DNA of 64,000 nt, taken from the NCBI GenBank assembly GCA_964016885.1, contig OZ024741.1, forward strand, positions 354,082,001 through 354,146,000, in the 5' to 3' direction. Below, in pieces: positions 26,785 to 40,835 of this stretch (its first letter is position 1; each line of letters opens with the position of its first letter). A program made the translations under genes and the position numbers. The notes beneath the pieces were generated by a model. It was given only the letters and a program-made list of their open reading frames with translations. It was not told the DNA's origin and searched no databases. The stretch is from Eledone cirrhosa. Taxonomy: Eukaryota.

Positions 26785-29422
26785 ACACACAGACACACAC
26801 ACGATAGCAACTAACAGTGCTGCGATCGAATGTGGCTTTTTAGCCCAGCCAATGATCTAAAATGTCTTGCACAGAGTCGGCAACCAAAACATTCACTGGG
26901 AATAGTCGGCTGTGGTTGGAGTTCGTGTACTTTTGCATGTCGCTTGAGCCCTCCTGCTGATTTACATTCTCTACCACATGTTTGGCAAGCATGATGAGTA
27001 GCATCTCCAACAGCAGCCTGGTAGTCAACCACTGGTCTTACTTTATGACTGCGAAGATGACTTTCGAGTCCAGCTTTGCTTAGGCAGAGTCTCGCACAGA
27101 TGCTGCATGTCAGCACCATAGGAGAACCCTCGCCGTCTGGAAGTGCAACAGAAATGCTCTTCCTCACATCCCGCTTTACTTTCTCGTGTGCGATTCGAGA
27201 TGCCTCAAAGGCAACTTTTCCCTCATATACAGTCTTTCTCCATTTATTACGATCAGCAGCAACATTTTCCCATGTATTAGCAGAGATGTTAGCGTCTTTC
27301 AGAGAGGCTTTCAAGGAATCCTTATACCTCTTTTTTGGTTTATGTGGCGGTCGTTTTCCTTTAACCAACTCTCCATAGAAGAGTTGTTTTGGTATTCTAG
27401 AATCCTTCATCCTGGCAAGGTGACCACTCCAACGGAGTCGTTGCTTAAGCACAAGAGCTTCTATACTGTCACACATAGAGCTTTCCAAAATCTCGACATC
27501 ACTGATGTGGTCCCTCCAGTGAACGCCATGGATCCGTCTGAGACACATTTGATGGAAACGCTCCAATTGCTTAAGGTGGTGTCGATATGTGACCCAGGTC
27601 TCGCAGGCATAAAGAAGACAAGAGAGTACACATGCCCTGTACACCCTTACCTTTGTCCTCCTGCATATGTCTCGCCGACCCCAGAGTCGCCTTTCTAGCT
27701 TTCCGAAAGCATCACTTGCTTTCCTAATCCTAAGTGAGATTTCACTGTCAAGGTTGCCGTATCGATTGACAGTGCTTCCCAGGTAGACAAACTGATCAAC
27801 CACTCCAAGTCGTTTGCCATACACATAGATGTTTGGTTCAGTGTACTGCTTACTAGGGGCAGGTTGGTACATGACGACGGTTTTCTTGAGACTGACAGTC
27901 AAACCCAGAGCAGTGCAAGCGTCAGAAAATGCATTCAAAATGTGCTGCATATCACTCTCTGTGTGCGCTACAAGATCGTAATCATCTGCATACAAGAGGT
28001 CTCTTATGATTGAGGTAAATACTTTTGTCTTCGCAACAAAGCGCCTGATGTTAAATATGCTGCCTGAGGTTCGATATCGGATGTAAACACCATGCTCGCA
28101 ATTCCTGAATGCAATACAGAAAACCATTGCAAAGTATATGGCAAACAGGGTCGGTGCTGGAATATCCCCCTGTTTCACTCCATTTTTTACTGAGATAGGC
28201 TCCGACATGTTACCTCCGACATTAACCCAAGCCTTCATGTCGTCATGGAAAGACCTAACTAAAGCAAGGAACTTATCAGGGCAACCAAGTTTCTGGAGAA
28301 CCTTCCATAATGCATCTCTGTCGACAGTATCGAAAGCCTTTGTCAGATCGACAAAAACCTGATACAGATCCAAGCCTTGTTCAATGCACTTCTCCTGGAG
28401 CTGTCTAGCTGAGAAGATCATATCAGTAGTGCTGTGTCCAGCACGAAAACCAGATTGACTTTCAGGAAGAACACAATCTGCAATGTGTGTCAGCAGACGG
28501 TCCAGAAGCACCCTACATAAAACTTTCCCTACGACAGAAAGCAATGATATACCTCTGTAGTTCCCACAATCATTCCTGTTACCCTTTCCCTTGTACAAGA
28601 CCACCATTACTGCATCTCTACAGTCCTCAGGTACGGATTCATTAGCCCATATCCTTCCAAACAAAGAGTGCAGATGTTGCAGGAGTCCCTCACCACCATA
28701 TTGTAGGAGCTCAGCATGTATGCCATCCATACCTGGAGATCTTCCACTGTTCAGCTTCGAAATAGCCACTACAACCTCCACAAGCGTCGGAGGTTCTGCG
28801 AGAGCTACTTTCACAGGACTTTCTGGAATGAGATTGAGGAAATCTTCACTGACGACAGACGGCTGATTCAAAAGATCATCAAAGTGCTCTCGCTACCTTC
28901 GTAGAATTCCCTGTGAGTCACGAAGAAGTTCTTTGCCATCCTTGCTGCGAAGCGGTGTCACCAGAGAAGAAGACGGTCCATAAACCTGTAGCAAGAGACT
29001 GTATAACAGCTTTGTGTTATTGGAATCAGACGCAGTTTGTATCTCACCAGCCTTCTCACTCCACCACTGATCCTTCATCTGAGAAAGACTCCGCCTAACA
29101 CGTGATTTTACATCCCTGAGCTCCTCATGCAACGTATTCCTCTCCTGTGGTTTTGCCGTCAAGTAGCGTGACAGAGCACGCCTCTTATCAGCCAACAAGT
29201 CTTCTATATGTACATCATTCTCATTAAACCAGTCCTAATGTTTTCTCTGCACTAATCCCAGAACACGCCTGCCTACATCATAAACCGACTTTTTAAGGGT
29301 CGGCCAATCCTCACCAAGATCTGCAGCCTGCATCTCTTCTTCCAATGTCCTCTTCACATTTTTATCCTTAAGACGAGCAGCATTCAATCTTTTGGGCAGG
29401 GTAACACCAGGAGCCCGGATTT
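26785..29422 (-). mobile_element. 5'-truncated RTE (BovB-like) LINE with C-terminal C2H2 zinc fingers
   Basis: ORF 26811-28871: SPGMDG, NYRGISLL, QSGFR, VDLTKAFD, VKQGD, YADD, RLRWSGH, then three CxxC...H fingers (CSICARLC..., CQTCGREC..., CRLCARHF...). Upstream frame broken by stops near 28893 and 29235. (TG)n-like tail. Confidence 0.92.
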
Positions 29423-29479
29423 TACATACATACATACATACATACAGATATACAGGCAGACAGACAGACAGACAGACAA

Positions 29480-29810
29480 ACATATAATGAAATGAGACAG
29501 AGAAAAGAAGGCATGTGCAATTGTGGAAATCAGATGCCCAGCAGGCGTCAATATAATGCTAAAGATTAATAAAAAGGAGAACGTCTGTGCTGAACTATTG
29601 AGGAATCTGCAAGTACTCCACCGGACTATACTATCGATTTGTACCTGTGATGATTGGGGTTCTGGGTTGCGTTACTAACTGCCTCAGTAAATACCTTTAG
29701 AAGTTGGGCTTCACAGAACCAGAAAAGCACCGCTAGTTAAGAAGTTGCAAGTATAGTTCATTAATGGAACTGTAAAAATATGTAAAGCATTTAAGAAATC
29801 CAGCATGCAC
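29480..29810 (+). mobile_element. Decayed 3' fragment (RLE domain) of an R4-like element
   Basis: Translates to patches like CAIVEIRCPAGVN, LLRNLQVL, RFVPVMIGVLG and GTVKICKAF, matching the C-terminus of 50384-51142. Frameshifted. Confidence 0.7.
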
Positions 29811-30064
29811 TAACTGCATGTACACATGTATAGATACGGAGACATATGCACGCGTATATATATAACTCAAAACATACAGATGCACACATGCAGTAACACC
29901 CACACCTGCACATACACACAAAGACATACTGACATACACATGTATTTACCCGATTGATGTTTTCTAAATTACAATGAAATAGTCTTGTTTCTATGTTAGA
30001 AACCGACTCTCTCTCTCTCTCTCTGAGAAAATTTATAGAATAATAAAACCAGAATAACATACAT

Positions 30065-30218
30065 TCATGCATACATAATACATACATACATACATACATA
30101 TATATATACATACATACATGCATACATGCATACATACATGCATACATGCATACATACATGCATACATACATGCATACATACATACATACATACATACATA
30201 CATACATACATACATACA

Positions 30219-30248
<30 letters not shown>
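30065..30248. repeat. (ACAT)n microsatellite
   Basis: Direct inspection. Confidence 0.95.
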
Positions 30249-30249
<1 letters not shown>

Positions 30250-30849
30250 GTCTAGGCATGGATATGGCGTGTGTATGTGTATGTGTGTGTGTATGCTCGT
30301 GCGTACGTGTGTGTGTGCATGTGTAAGATGCATACGTTCGAAGAGAAATATTTGTCAGAAAACGTATAAATACATTGAATCTCAATCACAGTTATTCTAA
30401 GAAAAGAATATATCTTTTTAATGAAATATATTTTCAATTTATTTTCATGATAATTATTAAATGCAATTATGAACAAAGAAATATTTGCAAAGACGAAAAA
30501 ATTCATTTATATCTAAAATTATAGCCAAAACTTGGAAAATAATTAAAAATGTTAAAATGTAAAATTTAAACCGTTCGAATAATTGGGGATGGAGATAATG
30601 CTTCTTTGAAATAACAAGAACACCACGTCATAGAATAATTAACCGAACATAAACAAGAAGTTGGTCTTTACGTATAGTGTCCAACACATTCAGATAAACT
30701 GTCTATGACAGTCTTCAATGTGCTTATATGTTATGATCATCCTCTTGAATCGTTATGCTTTCGTATTCTATATATGTATTGTATGTATGGTCCCGTAACT
30801 CCCGGGGAAGTCGGAAGAGAGACGTAATGACATGCGGAGTTTCTAGGGC

Positions 30850-30906
30850 ATGAATACCGCAAAGCGTTCTATCCGTCGTGCTAACGACTCTGCCAATTCG
30901 CCGCCT
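30850..30906 (-). mobile_element. tRNA-derived SINE 5' fragment
   Basis: Reverse complement ggcggcgaattggcagagtcgttagcacgacggatagaacgctttgcggtatt matches the head of 32526. Confidence 0.7.
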
Positions 30907-31997
30907 ATATATTCTATGTATAAGGACTGGATAACCAACCATTCACCATATCGTTCGCGATGCCTTTTTCTTTCTATTTCTCTTTTTCGTGGATATAAAC
31001 ATCTATCTATCTGTCTATTCCAACTGCTAAGTCACCCATTTTTAATACCTTTCGATTGAGCATTGATACATGCATCCGGCGTAACGTGTCAATAATTGCT
31101 ACAGTCTTTCACTTAATTAAATCTTTAGAACCCGACCGCTGACATCACGTTCTTCTGCTCAGAATCTAGGATGAATCACCGTTGACTTAACTCTAGTTCT
31201 TCCTCTGATGTCATACGTCCACCATGCTGCCACCCCATGGTAGGATTTTTTCCTAATATATGTATAAGCGTAAATACGCACTATTGCATAACCGTTGATT
31301 CTCGTGAGTTCCTCCACCGTTTGACGGGTTTTGTTTTTCGTCCCACAAGGTGTTCCAAATCACCCTCCGCATCAAACAGTCTTGGCTGGGTTGCCTGTTT
31401 AGTCACCGACAACCCGGCCATGCAACATAAACTTGCTGAAAACATTTTAGAAATAGCTGCATCTCATTTGGCAAGTTTTCTTGTAAATGATGAAAAGCAT
31501 ACGGGAGATCAGCAAGTGGAACAAATGCAAGTACATTCACGATACGGAAGATAAAGAAAACTTTTCTTCACTATTGAACCGATTCAAGATTCTGAACTTC
31601 TGAACTTTTTGTTCCATATTGATTAACGAAAGTGGATAAAATAAAATGGTCACTAATGCTAGCATCAAATAGACGATACACGAATGAAAAAGTTATGAAC
31701 ATGTTATGGTTACCGCAAATAACTTCCTCAGTCCGACGTCAAATTCTTTAAATTATATATAATCTATTTATTCTGATTTATATATTAACAATTTCTAAAT
31801 AGTTTTGGGACTTTAAAACATTATGACAGTTAAATTAATTATCAATAAATCATAACGTTACTATTTTACTGATATTTTTACCTATTTCTATGAAAACTAA
31901 TAAAATGTCGACGAATATTCTGACTGCACTTCGATTAATATCTTTTCGATCAATTTTTCTTTCCACCAATGTATTTCCAATGAATGCGTCTAAAACA

Positions 31998-32032
<35 letters not shown>

Positions 32033-32046
32033 CGTTGTGCGCGCGC

Positions 32047-32124
<78 letters not shown>
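31998..32124. repeat. (GT)n microsatellite
   Basis: Direct inspection. Confidence 0.95.
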
Positions 32125-32127
<3 letters not shown>

Positions 32128-32525
32128 CTAAAACATGTCTGGGGCTGTCACAGTATTTACCAAAGATAAAACTCTCCCTACATACACAACACCGAATGTT
32201 TTCATTCAATTTTTCGTTAATTTTATCTAATTTAAATTTAGGGATTGTCTGACCTGTTTTTCTTGGTCAGAATTAATCATTAATCAGAAGACGTCACCAC
32301 GTAATTTCCGCCAATCATAATTGTGGGTTAAATCTGTGTCATGGCTAAGTTTGGAGATTGTCTCCGGAAACTATTTTCTGGTTTACTGTCGTGTCTGATA
32401 GTGAAGATAACAAAGCCTACAATATTAGCTATAAAGTGCTCTCCTTACTGTCAATACATTTTAAAAAGAGCAATCGTTTACATATACACAGTAAATTACA
32501 TTAAAGGCGTTGCAGTATACTGTAT

Positions 32526-32682
32526 AGGCGGTGAATTGGCAGAGTCGTTAGAACGTCGGCTAGAATGCTTTGTGGTATTCGTTCCAACTCTCTGTGCCCT
32601 GAGTTCAAAACCCACCGAGGTCAACTTTACCTTTCATCCTTTCAATGTCGATAAAACGTACTTTTTCAGCACTGGTGTCAAT

Positions 32683-32685
<3 letters not shown>
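32526..32685 (+). mobile_element. tRNA-derived SINE
   Basis: A-box TGGCAGAGTCG, B-box-like GAGTTCAAAACC, shared body ccgaggtcaactttacctttcatcct...gtcgataaa seen in several copies in the window. Confidence 0.8.
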
Positions 32686-32722
<37 letters not shown>

Positions 32723-33490
32723 CTTCTTCTTCTTCTTCTTCTTCTGCTTCTTCGCTGGAAGAAATCGTCTGTTCAGACCTGATGAGGGGAATCGCTCCGC
32801 CAGTTTAAAATATGCTCAAGAAACGTCTTATATTCCTACGGCACCCCTACGACTCCACAAGGAGTTACGTGTCCCTACATAAAGGGTCCATAATTAAGCG
32901 CGGTAGTTTGTTGTCTAAACAAGGTGTGTAGGTGCACAAGATTTAAGAGTCAAGATTGGTAGGGGGAGCTCAGGATGAGTCTTAGAAGACTCCATGTTAA
33001 TTGCAACAATTTAGTCCCTGATATTGGGTTTATCTTCAAAATAAATGGAACGAACTTCCATTGCTTTCGACAATAAGCGATCCATTTTTTCAATTAACGG
33101 AAGAGTTTGCACATTAAATAAATGTTTAGTTATCTGAACATTCCACGGACACGTATACCCTTAATGTAATTATCTAGTACAGTCCAATAGACAGGCTTCC
33201 AAACAGTTTCCGCCTACCCAGTTTCGCACACATAGTGGGATGTGCTAAATCCAAAATATTTTCTGAACACATATTTTGCTCAGCATTGAACATGTATTCC
33301 CCCCTCATCCAATTGCCATATTTATCACATACTCACGTGTGCCACCCTCTCCCCACGTCCATTCTCACTATAAAATGGAACATCCCAGGCTCTTCTTAAA
33401 ACACTTGTATGACTGACAAAACGCACAGTCACATGACTGCGACCTCACCCCCTTTATGGTTATGCTATTTAATGTGACTTTTGTCTACAG

Positions 33491-33779
33491 AAGTCATGGG
33501 CAACCTGCGGCCCGCGAAGCTTTCTGAGTGGCTCGCCTAAGTCACCTAAGTGAAATTTTTCTGATTTTTTTTACCCCAACTTTTCAGTCGTAATTTATCT
33601 TTCTATCATTTTTACGTTCGAGGAAAACAACGTGTACGAATTCTGAAGAAACAAATCAAAACAACCTGAGTTACCGCCCTTTTTTATGCAGGCATGAATG
33701 TAAATTAGTACTTGCGGCCCGCCTGATGATGAACCATATCTCATGCGGCCTGCTTCTCGAAAAAGGCTGCCCATGCCTG
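33491..33779. mobile_element. hAT (Charlie-like) MITE, second copy
   Basis: Homologous to 12092-12380 over its full length, with a perfect 8-bp TSD GTCTACAG on both sides. Confidence 0.92.
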
Positions 33780-33859
33780 GTCTACAGTAAACAACTTCTG
33801 ACTCAAACTGTCTTAATGGTGGTATCTCTTCTCAAGACAGACTTAACTTGACAGCTAGT

Positions 33860-33975
33860 TTTACTCATTTCACGTGGGTCGACTCGAAGAAACGGTAAAT
33901 GACACTTGTCCAGATGTCATGCATTGGAATCGAACCCGGCATTTAATGATTGCGAAACAAACTTCTTAACTATTA
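33860..33975 (-). mobile_element. Decayed tRNA-derived SINE, different family
   Basis: Minus strand tagttaagaagtttgtttcgcaatc...gggttcgattcc (B box)...gacaagtgtc. Confidence 0.5.
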
Positions 33976-33991
33976 TCTGTGTTTCTGTGAG

Positions 33992-34212
33992 ACCGGTAGA
34001 TTAACAGTATCGGTAGAGCGTCGGATGACATGCTTTTCAGCATAGAGTTACGGCCCTTTACGTTCAGAGTTCAAATCCCGCCGAGGTTAGCTTTACCTTT
34101 CATCCTTACGGGCTTGATAAAATAAAGTACCAGTTACGCACTGGGGTCGATTTAATCGACTTTCCTCTCCCCCAAAATTGCCGGCCTTGTGCCTAACTCA
34201 GAAACCATTATG
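33992..34212 (+). mobile_element. tRNA-derived SINE
   Basis: gagttcaaatcccgccgaggttagctttacctttcatccttacggg...aaagtaccagt...ctggggtcgatttaatcgact...ggccttgtgcct. Confidence 0.85.
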
Positions 34213-35847
34213 TGTCTCTGTGTATGCACGCGTACGTGTAGTGGTGATAGGATATTGACTAATATTGTACTGTTTTGGCTAAGTAATCAAAACATTATGT
34301 TGTTTCTTGTTATGCCGAGAAGTTCATCTCATCGCTTCATACGATCAAACAAGAATCAAACAATAGTTCTCGATTTTAACCCTAACCACCAAATCTAGAA
34401 TTCCTGTTAAACTAACATTCACACAATATATCGGTTCTGTATATATAAATATTTATTTAGTCTTATTCTTAGACAAGCTTATCTTTATGAGCCACAAATG
34501 GTTGATAGAGAAACCTTTACTAGTTTTGTTTGTTTACTATTTTTTATTTGTTTTGTTGTTGTTGTTTTCATTTTTTTTTTTTGGGGGGGGGGCGTTTATT
34601 ACCCCCAAACACCTAGACGTGCGCAATAGGCCTTTTCCCGTTTGAGAAGGTAAATCTGGGATGCCACATGCTGCTGCAACACGTTTTCTGTTTCCAGCCT
34701 GGTCACTTCGGCCATAAACCCGAGACACGTAACGCAGAGGAGTGGAAGATATCCAAATACCTGGACTTGATCGACCTTCTATTCGGCTCTCGAACTGCTG
34801 TTTTCCCCAACAAAATTGGGAGGAGCCGTGTGAGATTGAGTTACTAATTCACTTGGTGTTGCTATCAGTTCTCTGCAGCAATACCTTCGCCATTTTGATA
34901 TATCACTTAGACTGGGATGTAGAGTCGGCCGCTCTCTCCCTCTTTCGCCTGAGTTTCGATATTTACATGTTTTTCTTTTTCGTTTTTCATTGCAAACAAT
35001 ATATCAATTGATAAAAATTTGTTGAATGAAACGTATTAATCATTTATGCGAAATGTGAAACACAAAACTTCAAATTGATTCGGGTGACAATATCAGAAGT
35101 CAGGATGTTCATGTAGTTCCATAAATGAATGAGCACTGGAGTGGAATGAATTCAATTTGGCGACTGAAAATTAATATTTTTACGAATTCAGTTTGAGGAC
35201 TGGAAGCAAATGCTACTTGAAAATTAATGTTTTACTTCAATACAAAGTGACGAAATTTATCGAAGAGAGAGATTATGAGACATTGATGCCCTTCACAAAG
35301 GTATTAGTGACACAAAGAAAGGGAAATTATTTTAACAGAGAATCCAATATGCGTTTTGCCAAAATATTAAGATAACCCAAAATAAAGATAGTTAATTATA
35401 TTTGGCTAGTATGAAAAGATACTCCAGAAGCATTCCCTAATTAAATGATCGCAGTAATTTGGGAAACAGCCGGAATCTATTTACAATGCTGCTTTCTTTT
35501 CAAATTTTCCACTTAGTTTCTTTCACTCTTTTTGTTGTTGTTCCTTAATCCTAAAGTCGAGTCAATAAAATTAACAAAGTATTCATAAGTTCGCCCTGTC
35601 CGCCATGCAATGAATTGTGTTTCTCCTCATATGAATAGCTTGTCCGTTATATTTTGGAAAATGCTTAGATAAACAAGTATTGGGGTTTCATGAAAAGAAC
35701 TATGTCTGATTATGGAATCACAAAAGCCATTCAATGAACACTATTTGGTATTTGGGTCAAAATTCCTTTATTGAATTAACTAATCAAAGGTAAAAGAATG
35801 CCAAAATTTCCTCAGCGGATTTAAGCACATAATTCTTTCTCTTAAAC

Positions 35848-36460
<613 letters not shown>

Positions 36461-37111
36461 ATACATAATTTGATTCATTTAATAATGCATATATATTTTT
36501 TTTAAATTGAAGTTGTTCTTGTTATTCTTGTATTCCTGTTTATATATTCTCTAGAGAGAATGCTTTTATTTTGGTTTTCAAGGAAAATTTTATGACTTGG
36601 ATGAGAAGTGATTTAAAAGATTTGTTCTTTCGAGGGATTTTCTAACTGAATGAGCCAATCGTTAAGTGAAATCATCAATAGCCTCTAATGGCAGCCGCGA
36701 GAGTTATAGCTCAAGATTTGCTTTGTTCGTTACAAAGGTATATATACATGTCGGAATTGTTGAGTCTGACTAGTGGGATGGTGAGAAATGATGTTTAGAG
36801 AAGAAAAGGAATTTGGGAATATAAAGAGAGAATGGAAGAGGGAGAGAAGAATTGATGAAGGTAGAGAAGGATAGGCGAATAGGTTAGAATGGAGATACAA
36901 CCACAGGATAGAGAGAGTGGTGAAAGAGAGAAGGGGACAATGGGTGGTAAGAGTGAAAGAGATGGATGAGAAAGAGAGGGTTGTAAGAGAAATCGTGATA
37001 GTCTAGAGAGGGTGATAAATGAGAGGTTTGGAGGGTATAGAATTAGTACGAGACAGAAAAGTATTTATTGATACATAGCGAAATAACATAGCGAAAGAGA
37101 GAGGGGGGGGG

Positions 37112-37143
<32 letters not shown>

Positions 37144-37145
37144 AA

Positions 37146-37194
<49 letters not shown>

Positions 37195-37721
37195 GGTAGA
37201 AATGGTAGGAGAGTCGTGTGGATTGTTTGGATCGATATAGATATGGATGGACGGGTTAAAAAATAAATGAACTGATGGATCGTTGAATGGATTGATAGAT
37301 TGATAGTGTAAGATCAATGGATGTTGGGATCGATTAAGACACGAGTGGACGGGTTAAGATACAAATGAATAGGCGGATGGATGTATAGAGAGAGGGTGGG
37401 GGGACTAAATCTATCGTAGGTTCGATTTATGAATAAATCGATGAATTGATCGATAAATTGGTGGTTGGATCCAGGTTGGCTGATTGATAGTGGCAGAGAC
37501 AGGATTGGTAGATATACAAGTGATCGAAGGAATAGATACATGGATCGAGAGATGGATAGATTATTTGAGTGGTTAAATAGATCAATTGATCAATGAAGGG
37601 GTCAATAAATGGGTCAATGGTTGCATGGGTCACCGTATCACCATAGAAATAAATGAACCGATCATGGTATCGAAGGGTAGATGAACGGCTGGATCACGGG
37701 ATGAATCGATCGTGAAATCGC

Positions 37722-38795
37722 CGGGTAGATAAATGGATTGATCACGGGTAATGGATTGATCGATCCCTTTATCATCGAGTAGATAAATGGATTGATCACG
37801 GGTAATGGATTGATCGATCCCCTTATCATCGGGTAGATAAATGGATTGATCACGGGTAATGGATTGATCGATCCCCTTATCATCGGGTAGATAAATGGAT
37901 TGATCACGGGTAATGGATTGATCGATCCCCTTATCATCGGGTAGATAAATGGATGGATCACGGGTAATGGATTGATCGATCCCCTTATCATCGGGTAGAT
38001 AAATGGATGGATCACCTCATCACTGGGTAAATAAGTGGATTTATCGCGAAATCACTGGGTAGATAAATGGATTGATTACGGGTAAAGGATGGGTCATCGA
38101 ATCATCGGGTAGATAAATGGATTGATCACTGTATCGTCGGGTTGATAAATGGATTGATCACCTTATCACCGGGTTGATAAATGGATTGATCACCTTATCA
38201 CCGGGTAGATAAATGGAGTGATCACCTTATCACCAGGTAGATAAATGGAGTGATCACCTTATCATCGGGTAGATAAATGAAGTGATCACCTTATCATCGG
38301 GTAGATAAATGAAGTGATCACCTTATCACCGGGTAGATAAATGGAGTGATCACCTTATCACCGGGTAGATAAATGGAGTGATCACCTTATCACCGGGTAG
38401 ATAAATGGAGTGATCACCTTATCACCGGGTAGATAAATGGAGTGATCACCTTATCACCAGGTAGATAAATGAAGTGATCACCTTATCACCGGGTAGATAA
38501 ATGGAGTGATCACCTTATCACCGGGTAGATAAATGGAGTGATCACCTTATCACCGGGTAGATAAATGAAGTGATCACCTTATCACCGGGTAGATAAATGG
38601 AGTGATCACCTTATCACCGGGTAGATAAATGGAGTGATCACCTTATCATCGGGTAGATAAATGAAGTGATCACCTTATCACCGGGTAGATAAATGGAGTG
38701 ATCACGAGTTATGGTGGATCACCGTATCACTGGATAAATAATAGATTGATCACGGGTAAGGGATGGATCACCTTATCACCGGGTTGATAAATAAA
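37722..38795. repeat. Composite minisatellite: ~5 x 54-bp units then ~17-18 x 32-bp units
   Basis: 54-mer gggtagataaatggattgatcacgggtaatggattgatcgatccccttatcatc and 32-mer ccttatcaccgggtagataaatggagtgatca. Confidence 0.93.
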
Positions 38796-39064
38796 TGAAT
38801 CACGTTTGTTTGTTTTTTGCTTTTATGTTTTGCATGCATTGTTTGATCCCGTAACTCCTGAGGGATGATCGTAGGGGAGGGGGGGGGGGGGTCGCGTATT
38901 AGGAAAATATAGAATTAGTATGAGACGGCGTGACTTGGGCATTTTAGAACCTGGTGGAGTCCATCTTATCTTTCGGTCTGAATACACCAGATTTCTTCCA
39001 GAGAACGATAGTGAGTGAGAGAATAGAAGCGTGGAAGAGATATAGAGGGAAAATCTCCCCCAAA

Positions 39065-39186
39065 GTATTAGACTAGTACTTTTTTATCGACCTCGAATGG
39101 ATGAAAGGCAAAGTTGACCTCGGTGAGATTTGAACTCAGAGGGTAGAGAGCCGAAGCGATACCGAATACTGCCAATTTGCCGCCTT
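39065..39186 (-). mobile_element. tRNA-derived SINE
   Basis: Reverse complement ggcggcaaattggcagtattcgg...ctgagttcaaatctcaccgaggtcaactttgcctttcatcc. Confidence 0.8.
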
Positions 39187-39666
39187 TTCAATTGACGGTA
39201 TTGCTTGGTATATCAATGGATGAATGATGGTGTCTGTGCGTAGACAAGTGGAAAGTTTGGTGGATTGTTAAAATATGGATGGAGAGATAGGCAACTGTAA
39301 CTGTGTATGTGAATGGATTCATGGATTGGTATTTACAATAATAGAGAGATGGATAGATGAACGAATACATGATTGAGGAAAAGATATGAGGATTCATAGA
39401 GAGAAGGTTAGATCAATGAAGCCATGCGTGTATCGTTGGAAAGAGGAATGGATGGTTGTGTGTATAATTATTTCGATGAATTACAAGATGAATAGATGGA
39501 CCGGTGAATGATGTGTTATCAGTCAATAAATCAATTGATAGATGGATAGGTGGGGAAGTGGGATTCGCATCCATCTATCTATCAATCGATATATAGATAA
39601 AAAGATGGACAAATATATGAATGGATATGCAAATGTGGATAGATGGCTCGTGAAATAACCGAACAG

Positions 39667-39727
<61 letters not shown>

Positions 39728-39737
39728 TATATATTGT

Positions 39738-39773
<36 letters not shown>

Positions 39774-39774
39774 A

Positions 39775-40392
39775 TACTTTGGGAGGGTCATGTTGCCAAT
39801 AAGAAACACACGCACCAGTTGCTTTCACTTCAATTTATTATAAATTAAATTTAGGAATTTAGGAATTTATAAATTTCCGGTTGGTTGGTTGGTTGGTTCC
39901 ACAACCAGACGATTGTTCATATATTGTCAAAGTTCTTTCGTCACACATTATGTGACCTCTTCAGTGACTGGGGATTCTTTTCTTTGTTTTTGTGCCTCTC
40001 CTTTGTTCTGTCCTACGCCATCTTGTTTTTGTGTGTGTTGTGTGCTTAGTTTGCGCATGTGTTACATCCGGGTGTCTGTGTGTGTTTATATTTGTTTATT
40101 TATTTGTTTATTTACATGTTACTGGTTGGTTGTTTGTTCTATGTGTGTGTTTTCATTTTGTCCTTAATTGTAAGTTGTGATGTTGCTATTCCATTCATGC
40201 TTTCTATTTAATTTTGGTTGGAGTTCATTTATGTTTATTGCCTCTGTGATTTGTCTAAACATTGCGTCTTTTCTGTGTGTAGATTCTATTTTTATTTCTA
40301 TGTTCTTTAATTTACCCTTATGTTCTATTTTAGCATGTTGGTAGAGTACAGATGATTCTTTACTATCTTGAAGCTCTCGCCAGTGTTCATTT
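39775..40392 (-). mobile_element. 3' end of a Penelope-like element (GIY-YIG C-terminus and pLTR)
   Basis: Minus strand HWRELQDSKESSVLYQHAKIEH...RQITEAININE..P..NRKHEWN (frameshifted), followed by a hammerhead and (TA)n. Confidence 0.75.
39926..39968 (-). ncRNA. Minimal type I hammerhead ribozyme
   Basis: Minus strand: GTCA-CTGAAGA-G-GTCAC ataatgt GTGAC-GAAA-GAAC-TT-TGAC. Confidence 0.8.
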
Positions 40393-40454
40393 ATAAATGA
40401 ACACTGGCAATGAACTTACAATTAAGGACAAAATGAAAAAACACACACACATAG

Positions 40455-40535
40455 ACGAATTCAAGGACGAATTCCCCAACGCGGGCGGTGGTTTGTACCG
40501 TGACGATGGTCTTTTGACCATGACTAAGTGCGGAC

Positions 40536-40538
<3 letters not shown>
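40455..40538 (+). mobile_element. Small PLE reverse transcriptase fragment
   Basis: FKDEFPNAGGGLYRDDGL matches the GGLYRDDGL motif of the 5933 ORF. Confidence 0.7.
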
Positions 40539-40608
<70 letters not shown>

Positions 40609-40690
40609 CACTCACTGTTTGGTTGGTTTTCGCTTCTCGCTGTCTTTTATATCTGCGATCTAACTTAATCGGTCCTCAATATATATATAT

Positions 40691-40835
40691 GGTGAAGGCG
40701 TGTGGCTGAGTCGTTAGAGAATTGGATTCACAATCTTAAGGTCGTGTGTTCGATTCCTGGACCGGGCGATGCGTTATGTCCTTGAGCAAGACACTTTATT
40801 GCTCTCTCTACCTGGAGTTGCGACCGATAGATAGT
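40691..40835 (+). mobile_element. tRNA-derived SINE (CORE-like body)
   Basis: tggctgagtcgttag (A box), gtgttcgattcc (B box), gtccttgagcaagacactt. Confidence 0.75.

Noticed and set aside
31237-31554. 105-aa ORF as a host exon
   Set aside because: No recognisable domain or convincing splice context; cannot be excluded without RNA-seq.
32755-32810. GAAATC-GTCTGttCAGAC-CTGATGA as a permuted hammerhead
   Set aside because: No stem II or III can form; more likely the 3' end of a decayed minus-strand LINE with an (AAG)n tail.
37722-38795. CRISPR-like array or repeat-protein gene
   Set aside because: Contiguous tandem units with no unique spacers, the 32-bp unit breaks frame, and the context is eukaryotic.
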